Origin: a virus
Lineage: Duplodnaviria > Caudoviricetes
Strand: one strand, 5' to 3'
Length of the DNA: 64,000 nt
Virus record (IMG/VR): IMGVR_UViG_3300002835_000006
In this document: in pieces, positions 57,207 to 64,000 of the stretch
How positions within the stretch are numbered: the first letter of the stretch is position 1
How the letters are laid out: each line of letters opens with the position of its first letter
Translations under genes and position numbers: made by a program
Notes under the pieces: model-generated
Databases searched by the model: none
What the model saw: the letters and a program-made list of their open reading frames with translations, nothing else
What the model was told of the DNA's origin: nothing

Positions 57207-60175
57207 TGGCACAAGAAAAAAAATATTTTTATCCCCCTGTGCCTGGTAGTGGTTCAGGAACCTTCGCTGACAATATAGTTGGTTTACAGACTGTCAACGG
57301 AGGGGGTTTGACTTTGGGTAATTTTGATTTCACTGCGGGAGTCACAGAGAAAGTAAACAGGAAGTTTAATGTTGGTGCTTTTTCTGAACCTATGACTCTC
57401 GATAGTATGAACATCGAAGATGTTTTTGAATCGAGAAGAATTTTAGCATCACAATTCAGAGTTTATCCGAATTACGATGTATCACAAGTTTTGAACTTCT
57501 CTCTATATGGTTCCTTGTCAAAAAGGTTCGAGGTTTCGGTCACACATATTATAAATTATTTTCCTGCAGCTTTAGAGGTAGTTTTCACTAATTTGGATTT
57601 TACAACAGGAGCAACAGCAATAAACGTTGTCTATGACCCAGTTGCAGATGAAACTTCATTTGATGTTACATTAGATAGAATCATCAATCCATTTGATATT
57701 GATTATAGTTTCAGTGCAGATACAAATATTGCAGCTAGAGAAATTACCACATCATATCTTAGAAATCTAACGAGAACTTATTTAGATTATTGTATAAACA
57801 TAAATGATGACATTTTCAAAGTTGTATCTTTTACACCATCGACTTCGCTTACAACAGGAACTTTATCTTTCTTCGTTTCTGGTGCACCATTCGGTACAAC
57901 AGCAACCACTGTTTATGATAACTTTTTAATAAGACCAAACGATTTTATAGTAGACAAAGTTTTTGCTGAAAGTTTTGATACGGTAGAACAATTCTTGATG
58001 AATCGTTTTACGCAACCAGAATATACAGCATTCTTCCAATTACCACAACAAAATAGTACAGGTCAATTCTTCACACAATATACTCAAGTAACATTCCCTA
58101 AGAACGGAAATTGGAACTTAGATATTGCGGGTGTGAATTTTGATAATTACCTAACTCAATTACAAGATATTGCGGTAGAACTAGATTCCTATAAAACTAA
58201 TTTGATATCAAGATTTTTGGTTACAGATGCATTCAAAGAATTTGATACTCTTGGTCAAAAAGTTGAAAAAATATTGCAGATTTATGGTAGGAGTTTTGAC
58301 CAAATAAAACAATTCATTGATGGATTGGCATTCATGAATTCGGTAAATTACAATCCAGGTAATGATATACCGTCACAGCTATTAGTAAACTTAGCTCAAA
58401 CTTTGGGTTGGTCTTCTAATTTTTCTCCCATAACTGATGAGGATTTTCTTCAATCCATTTTTGGAAATACAAACGAGCCGAACTACCCTGGATACGCCAA
58501 AGCACTTACACCAACGGAATTGAATTATGCTTTCTATAGAAATTTAATTCTGAATGCTTCGTATCTTTTCAAATCTAAAGGTACAAGAAAATCTATAGAA
58601 TTTTTACTCAGACTCATAGGTGCCCCTGATTCACTAATAGAATATAATGAACACATTTACCTTGCAGACCAAAGAATCAATATGGAGAATTTTGAGTCTC
58701 AATTTGCATCCATATCAGGAGGAACGTATACAAATCAATTACCAACATTATCTAATGTAACTTATAGATTTCAAGGGCAAGTTTTCAGTGCCTTTACTGC
58801 CACATCAACCTATGAGAGTGTAAATGTTTTTAGAGGGGAATATCCTGTCGACGACGAGGGTTATCCAAAGGCACCTGTAAACACTGAAACCTACTTCTTC
58901 CAATTAGGTGCTGGTTGGTATGAAACAACACCTGACCATAGAAGTCCTGACGAAGTTGTAAACACAGGACAAGTATTCACAGGACAAAATTTTGACATAC
59001 AAACTCAACTTGTTCCATTCACATATGGTCAACAATATTTGGATAGGTTTAGAGATTTTCCATATATGACTTTGGGATATTCTTTAGAGAGAGTTGTTGA
59101 TAATAAAAAGTCTTGGTTAGCAGATGATGACCTATTCAGAATTTCAAGGGATGCCAATTTCAATTCGTATTATTTTGTAGGTAATGAAAAGTTGGTGTTA
59201 AATGTCAAAAACGTAGATATATTCCTGAATCCAGCACAAGGATTACTTTTTGATGTTTGGAGGGAGTCTGTACAATACGATTATCCAATACCTGAATCAG
59301 GTTTGACGGTAGGATACCCAAGCCCTGGTGGTTTAGATTGGACTTTTGTCAACCCAGAACCTAAAAAGAAAACTTTTTTTGAATTTGCTCAAACTTTTTG
59401 GCAAAATATGATAAACACAAGGAATAGACAATTTATAACTGATGGTAAAACCGGTGGTTATCCCAATTTACAATCCTTGTGGTGGAAATATGTTCTTTCA
59501 GAACAACAGACTGGTTTTCCTAACTACGATTACACATATCAAAAGTTGATTGATTATGTTGATGGATTAGGTCCGTTTTGGATGAAGTTAGTCGAACAAA
59601 TGGTACCTGCAACAACAATTTGGAATGGAGGAATAAAATTAGAAAATTCAATTCTCCACAGACAAAAGTTGGTATATAGAAGACAAAGGGGTTGTTTGAT
59701 TCTTCCAAAAGTCAAAGACCCATGTAGGATTACTTCAGGAATTTTCAATGGTACAGTTTCTCAACAATATGTTAGTATTTTTATATACCCATGGTTGAAC
59801 GGAAATCCTACTGTATCTAATTTTAGTAGTATATTATTATCATCATTAAATTCAGTTTTAGCTGAACAAGGAATCTCTTTGAATGAATGTGTGCTTGATA
59901 CTTTGGTTTCTGAGTGGTACGTGGATTTGAAAATTGGAAACCAAACAATAGTGAATGAAATGTTCTATACAGGTTATGGTTCTAATGGTTACCCGTCAAA
60001 TTTGGAATGGAGACAAGCACTTGTTTTGTATTTGCCAGAAATGAATAGTTACGGGTATAACTTTACTTTGAATGGTAATACCCTAACTGTATTTAATACA
60101 ACATCAAATCCAGCATTTGTGAATCAAACACTTTATCTGAATGTAGGAATAAACCTAACAATAAATTGTAGTTAG
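57206..60175 (+). CDS. Putative baseplate wedge protein (gp7 / P2 gpI-like segment) with extensions
   Basis: LVNLAQTLGW and YLFKSKGTRKSIEFLLRLIG resemble the tail protein I-like '...KGT..SI...' motif. Confidence 0.55.
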   Translation: MAQEKKYFYPPVPGSGSGTFADNIVGLQTVNGGGLTLGNFDFTAGVTEKVNRKFNVGAFSEPMTLDSMNIEDVFESRRILASQFRVYPNYDVSQVLNFSLYGSLSKRFEVSVTHIINYFPAALEVVFTNLDFTTGATAINVVYDPVADETSFDVTLDRIINPFDIDYSFSADTNIAAREITTSYLRNLTRTYLDYCININDDIFKVVSFTPSTSLTTGTLSFFVSGAPFGTTATTVYDNFLIRPNDFIVDKVFAESFDTVEQFLMNRFTQPEYTAFFQLPQQNSTGQFFTQYTQVTFPKNGNWNLDIAGVNFDNYLTQLQDIAVELDSYKTNLISRFLVTDAFKEFDTLGQKVEKILQIYGRSFDQIKQFIDGLAFMNSVNYNPGNDIPSQLLVNLAQTLGWSSNFSPITDEDFLQSIFGNTNEPNYPGYAKALTPTELNYAFYRNLILNASYLFKSKGTRKSIEFLLRLIGAPDSLIEYNEHIYLADQRINMENFESQFASISGGTYTNQLPTLSNVTYRFQGQVFSAFTATSTYESVNVFRGEYPVDDEGYPKAPVNTETYFFQLGAGWYETTPDHRSPDEVVNTGQVFTGQNFDIQTQLVPFTYGQQYLDRFRDFPYMTLGYSLERVVDNKKSWLADDDLFRISRDANFNSYYFVGNEKLVLNVKNVDIFLNPAQGLLFDVWRESVQYDYPIPESGLTVGYPSPGGLDWTFVNPEPKKKTFFEFAQTFWQNMINTRNRQFITDGKTGGYPNLQSLWWKYVLSEQQTGFPNYDYTYQKLIDYVDGLGPFWMKLVEQMVPATTIWNGGIKLENSILHRQKLVYRRQRGCLILPKVKDPCRITSGIFNGTVSQQYVSIFIYPWLNGNPTVSNFSSILLSSLNSVLAEQGISLNECVLDTLVSEWYVDLKIGNQTIVNEMFYTGYGSNGYPSNLEWRQALVLYLPEMNSYGYNFTLNGNTLTVFNTTSNPAFVNQTLYLNVGINLTINCS

Positions 60176-62313
60176 TGGCTCAATTTAATTATATATTAGG
60201 GGTTACAGGTGATTGTTCCCATACATCGTCAGGTGCAATTAGTATAACTCCATCGGGTGGAACACCTCCTTATACTATCGAGTGGGTGGACCCCCCGTTA
60301 CCTCCAGTTGAATATTTGATTATAGGTACCTCTGTAAGAACAAATTTGGGTTATGGAACATATGCAATAAGGTTGAATGATAGTAGTTTACCTGTGAATG
60401 ATTCATTCACCGTAAATATACCTGTTTCAAGCGGTGTCACTGCTTCAATAGTTTCAATTTTCCCAACAACATGTAATACCAATAATGGTTCAGTATCTGC
60501 AACTTCTACTTCAGATTACTCCTCCACAATTTATAACTTGCTTGATGAATCCTATAGTATTATTCAAACAGTTACTACTGATGAAGACATAGCAGTATTT
60601 GAGGGATTATCTTCATCTACATATAGTATAGAAGTTGTGGATTTTGGAGGTTGTACAGGTAGAACTTCTGATTTTATAATTGAAAAGTCCAATCCTGTTG
60701 ATTTTGGTTTTTATGTTGTTCCTAATTCATATTGTTCTAGTACATCGAATCCTTTAGGAAAATTATATGTCACAGGAGTAACAGGTACGGCTCCCTTCAA
60801 ATATGTTTGGAGTAATGGTGGTACAGGAACAACAATAACTGGTCTAACTACGGGAGTTTATTCTTTAGAAGTAACCGATGCAAATAATTGTAAAAAATCA
60901 GAGAGCGTTTATGTCGGAGAGGTGGAGCCTTTAGGATTTGGATATTTCAGTGCTGTAACCCCAACTTGTTTCAGTTCCGATGGGTCTTTAACAATATATG
61001 TTACAGGAGGTACAGCGCCTTATTATTATTCTGCTTCAACAGGGAATGTTGGAATTTCTTATCAACAGAATTTTACAATATCTAATATTCCATCAGGCTC
61101 TTATCAATTTCAGGTTACTGATGCGGGATTATGTACAATAGCCGAAGGTACTTCTATAAGTTCACCACAATCTATAGGTTCTGTTAGTATTACAACAACA
61201 AATTCAAATTGTTCAAGTTCTGACGGTAGTATACAAATATCTTTGTTCCAAGGAAATCCTCCTTTCACTTACACCCTAATAAAACCTGATAGTAGTTCCG
61301 AGAGTTTAACGTTGAATTCACCAATTTATACATTTTATGGTCTTGTGACAGGAGATTACACTGTGGTAGTAAGTGATGATAGTAGTTGCGTTTATTCACA
61401 AGATGTCTATATAATTGCAAACGATTTATTTGATGTCTATATAGCATCCACAGGTACAACTTGTGGTCAGGATAATGGTGCAATAGAAATATTCAAAACC
61501 TCAGGGGGAACGGAACCCTTCAATTATTTTGTTGATGGTTTGGCGGTTGACTTAGATACTTCACAATCTGCGGTAACAGTTACAAATCTTTCATCGGGAA
61601 ATCATTTTATTTCTGTTGTTGATTCAAGTGGATGTACTAAGGGTGCTACAGTTTTCATTTCACAATCATCCACTCTTCAGTTCAGTCTTTATAGTGAAAG
61701 TTGTGGTAATGGTTCAGATGGTGTAATTACAGCATTTATATCATCAGGTACCCCGCCATTTACCTTCAATTGGTCAGATAATATACCAGGGAATCCTCAA
61801 TCTATAACTGTAAATGGTTTGACAGGTGGTACATATAGTCTTACAATTAGTGATTCGGTTGGATGTTATTATTCACAATCGACAGAGATATCCTGTTTGG
61901 GTCAAAAGAGCGGATATTATGAATTTTTGATTGGGGACCAAGAAATGCCAATCACTGCTGAAGTAAATTTGGGATTATTACAGATGTTGAACGATGGTTT
62001 TGTTGATTTGACTGACGGTGACCCGAACTGTATTTTAAATTCGGCAGAATTTTTTGCAATTGTAAATGTTGAACCTGTGGGTCTGAGTGCATCGACTTCT
62101 TTTTATACAAGTAAGACTCTTGTGGATGTACCTTCCGACAATGTTTGGATAGATTCGATAACTTCTTTGTTGCAATCAGTTCCAGGTGTATCAAATGTAA
62201 TTGTAGATACGGTAAATAATCAGATTACGATACAAAAAAATGCTGCAAATACCTTTTTGGATAACCAAATAATAAACTTCGATATTGCTATCGAATATGA
62301 TATAAGTTGTTGA
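60175..62313 (+). CDS. SprB-repeat protein, putative receptor-binding/fibre component
   Basis: Repeated SGGTPPY.(F/Y).W...I.(G/N)L..G.Y...VTD..GC units; GTG start overlaps the upstream TAG. Confidence 0.75.
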   Translation: MAQFNYILGVTGDCSHTSSGAISITPSGGTPPYTIEWVDPPLPPVEYLIIGTSVRTNLGYGTYAIRLNDSSLPVNDSFTVNIPVSSGVTASIVSIFPTTCNTNNGSVSATSTSDYSSTIYNLLDESYSIIQTVTTDEDIAVFEGLSSSTYSIEVVDFGGCTGRTSDFIIEKSNPVDFGFYVVPNSYCSSTSNPLGKLYVTGVTGTAPFKYVWSNGGTGTTITGLTTGVYSLEVTDANNCKKSESVYVGEVEPLGFGYFSAVTPTCFSSDGSLTIYVTGGTAPYYYSASTGNVGISYQQNFTISNIPSGSYQFQVTDAGLCTIAEGTSISSPQSIGSVSITTTNSNCSSSDGSIQISLFQGNPPFTYTLIKPDSSSESLTLNSPIYTFYGLVTGDYTVVVSDDSSCVYSQDVYIIANDLFDVYIASTGTTCGQDNGAIEIFKTSGGTEPFNYFVDGLAVDLDTSQSAVTVTNLSSGNHFISVVDSSGCTKGATVFISQSSTLQFSLYSESCGNGSDGVITAFISSGTPPFTFNWSDNIPGNPQSITVNGLTGGTYSLTISDSVGCYYSQSTEISCLGQKSGYYEFLIGDQEMPITAEVNLGLLQMLNDGFVDLTDGDPNCILNSAEFFAIVNVEPVGLSASTSFYTSKTLVDVPSDNVWIDSITSLLQSVPGVSNVIVDTVNNQITIQKNAANTFLDNQIINFDIAIEYDISC

Positions 62314-62314
62314 C

Positions 62315-62647
62315 ATGGTACAAGTAAGAATTGATTCGATTACTGGAGCAACCTACCCCGTTAGTGTCTTTATTTCCGATGTATATGGAAATTATCAAAC
62401 ACTGCTCGGTACTATCAATTCTACTGTCCCACCAACTGTTGATTATAACTCTACTATCCCATCAATTTTCCAAACAGCCCCACAAATAATGTTGACTTTG
62501 GTTGATTCGAGTGGTTGTTCTGTATTTAAAATTTTAGATTGTGTTTTTGGTTGTGCTTTTAACATCACGGTTGACCTAGTAGATTGTATTGTAAATATTT
62601 CCATCCAAGAAACCTCTTGTGCTTTTGACATTTACTCTACAGAATAA
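62315..62647 (+). CDS. Small Cys-containing putative structural protein
   Basis: 110-aa beta-rich ORF 1 nt after the upstream stop. Confidence 0.55.
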   Translation: MVQVRIDSITGATYPVSVFISDVYGNYQTLLGTINSTVPPTVDYNSTIPSIFQTAPQIMLTLVDSSGCSVFKILDCVFGCAFNITVDLVDCIVNISIQETSCAFDIYSTE

Positions 62648-62718
62648 AACTGTGGAATGGTAATGGAAATATAATCCAAATTTTTTTCATTTATTTTCAT
62701 AAAAAGGATTTGAATTGG

Positions 62719-62725
62719 TATTTAT
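62719..62725 (+). promoter_or_regulatory. TATTTAT candidate late promoter
   Basis: Upstream of the ATG at 62738. Confidence 0.55.
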
Positions 62726-62737
62726 TATTAAAAATTA

Positions 62738-63622
62738 ATGCCCCTTCAATCCATTATAGTTGTCAATACTGCGCCAGGTTGTGATAATTTAATAGAACAA
62801 CAAATCTCGGCGGATACCTGTAATAACTATATTGTACGGATTACTCCGAATACAAATGCGTTAGGTCCCTTTGATGTTTACGTAGATACAACAGGTTCAA
62901 CACCAGTGTATTCTGCTCAGACAAGAACTCAAATGATAAATGGGGTTGTTGTGCAATTGGGTCCTTGTATTACACCTACTCCTACACCAACACCTAGTTT
63001 CACTCCAACACCTAATGTAACTCCAACACAAACAGCTACCCCATCTGAAACTCCGACAAACACTCCCACACCTTCGATTACGCCATCAGGAAGCGAAACA
63101 CCAACGCCAACTCCTACATTTACAAGTACACCAACGCAAACACCAACATATACACCTTCTGAGACTCCTACCGAAACTCCTACAGAAACACCGACTGAAA
63201 CTCCAACTTCGACAACGACGCAAACTCCGACTCAAACCGAAACTCCAACACAAACAGCTACTCCAACCACAACACCAACACCAACTCCAACAATATCAGT
63301 TTTTGAAATTGCAATCATAACTCAAGATGGTATTGAGTTGATAAGTCAAGATGGTAGTAATTGGATTTTACAACAAGAAATAAATTCATATCTAGTTTCC
63401 AGTGGTGATTCGATTTGTCAGTCTGGTTCGTATTCACTGACTCAGACACTTTATTCTGCATCCCCAAGTTGGACCACAGCCGTAAGTTTCTATACAGATA
63501 ATGGTCTAACAACTCCTTTCAACGGTAATAATTTGTATTATAGTAATGATGTTGGTGGATGTGAAATGTGGCAAATAGGAACGGATGGATTTGTAATTGG
63601 TTTAATATGTTCAAACTGTTAA
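62738..63622 (+). CDS. Pro/Thr-rich (mucin-like) putative virion protein
   Basis: ~108-aa TP/TE/TQ tract (~62972-63295) between two Cys-containing globular domains. Confidence 0.7.
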   Translation: MPLQSIIVVNTAPGCDNLIEQQISADTCNNYIVRITPNTNALGPFDVYVDTTGSTPVYSAQTRTQMINGVVVQLGPCITPTPTPTPSFTPTPNVTPTQTATPSETPTNTPTPSITPSGSETPTPTPTFTSTPTQTPTYTPSETPTETPTETPTETPTSTTTQTPTQTETPTQTATPTTTPTPTPTISVFEIAIITQDGIELISQDGSNWILQQEINSYLVSSGDSICQSGSYSLTQTLYSASPSWTTAVSFYTDNGLTTPFNGNNLYYSNDVGGCEMWQIGTDGFVIGLICSNC

Positions 63623-63653
63623 AAAATAAAAAAAAGAAATAGAAAAAATAAAA

Positions 63654-63660
63654 TATTTAT
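63654..63660 (+). promoter_or_regulatory. TATTTAT candidate late promoter
   Basis: 5 nt before the ATG at 63666. Confidence 0.6.
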
Positions 63661-63665
63661 AGGTT

Positions 63666-64000
63666 ATGGCAACAACAAGAATTACGGATTTACCGATAGT
63701 ATTATCAGCAGCCCCCGCTGATGTATTATATATAGTAACAGACTATACTGGGGGAACATCAGGTACCTCGGGGCAAATCGCGTTTTCTGCCTTGACTGCA
63801 AGTATCACAGGGGGAACGAGTGGTACATCAGGTACAAGTGGAACTTCGGGTAACTCAGGCACATCAGGTACAAGTGGAACTTCGGGTAACTCTGGTACTT
63901 CAGGTACAAGTGGAACTTCGGGTAACTCTGGTACTTCAGGTACAAGTGGAACTTCGGGTAACTCTGGTACTTCAGGTACAAGTGGAACTTCGGGTAACTC
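63666..64000 (+). CDS. Ser-Gly-Thr repeat fibre-like protein, 3'-truncated, absent from the ORF track
   Basis: [40 protein letters not shown]...(SGT/SGN)n runs off the window edge. Confidence 0.8.
   Translation, partial: MATTRITDLPIVLSAAPADVLYIVTDYTGGTSGTSGQIAFSALTASITGGTSGTSGTSGTSGNSGTSGTSGTSGNSGTSGTSGTSGNSGTSGTSGTSGNSGTSGTSGTSGN
63828..64000 (+). repeat. 36-nt tandem repeat (at least 4.8 copies) encoding [12 protein letters not shown]
   Basis: Units start at 63828, 63864, 63900, 63936 and 63972. Confidence 0.95.

Noticed and set aside
573-63512. Numerous short antisense or off-frame ORFs in the track (for example 573..755, 2630..2842, 8313..8516, 9615..9851, 20197..20502, 24160..24552, 42871..43194, 63315..63512)
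   Set aside because: They lie wholly within long genes with clear motifs, have no recognisable motifs of their own, and the repeat-derived ones only mirror the PT arrays.
1-64000. Stop-codon reassignment as seen in some large phages
   Set aside because: Standard-code ORFs tile the window. TAA, TGA (for example 9626, 22499) and TAG (60173) all end genes at sensible boundaries.
1-64000. tRNA, rRNA or other structured RNA genes
   Set aside because: Intergenic gaps are short and explained by terminators and promoters, and I saw no cloverleaf or T-loop (GTTCGA-type) context in them. A covariance-model scan would be needed to exclude them fully.

Overview
A 64 kb, AT-rich, densely coding segment of a large contractile-tailed (myovirus-type) bacteriophage. 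The host is probably Bacteroidota: there is a perfect TTTG-N20-TAnnTTTG promoter, no clear Shine-Dalgarno sites, and an SprB-repeat protein. From 5' to 3' the window holds: (1) the 3' part of a Pro/Thr-rich mucin-like gene followed by four glycosyltransferase genes (GT60-like, GT25-like, two HtrL/WlaTC-like); (2) a family B DNA polymerase; (3) a minus-strand block (neck protein, Mn/Fe superoxide dismutase fusion, SNF2 helicase, SET-domain methyltransferase); (4) neck and tail genes (sheath, HAD phosphatase, tube, chaperone, tape measure, tube initiator with an OmpA-like insert, LysM-like protein, giant hub); (5) a replication block (gp32-like SSB, RecA, 5'-3' exonuclease, DnaB, class II RNR); and (6) baseplate wedge genes with large accessory virion proteins, ending in PT-rich and Ser-Gly-Thr repeat fibres. 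The best candidate for an undescribed system is a phage-encoded mucin-type O-glycosylation pathway for virion proteins. Other notable signals are a probable +1 frameshift in the tail chaperone (GAA-UUU-UUU-CGC), a TATTTAT motif upstream of 14 genes, an unannotated ribbon-helix-helix gene opposite the sheath, and a late SOD fusion. All family assignments come from motif recognition by eye; no searches were run.
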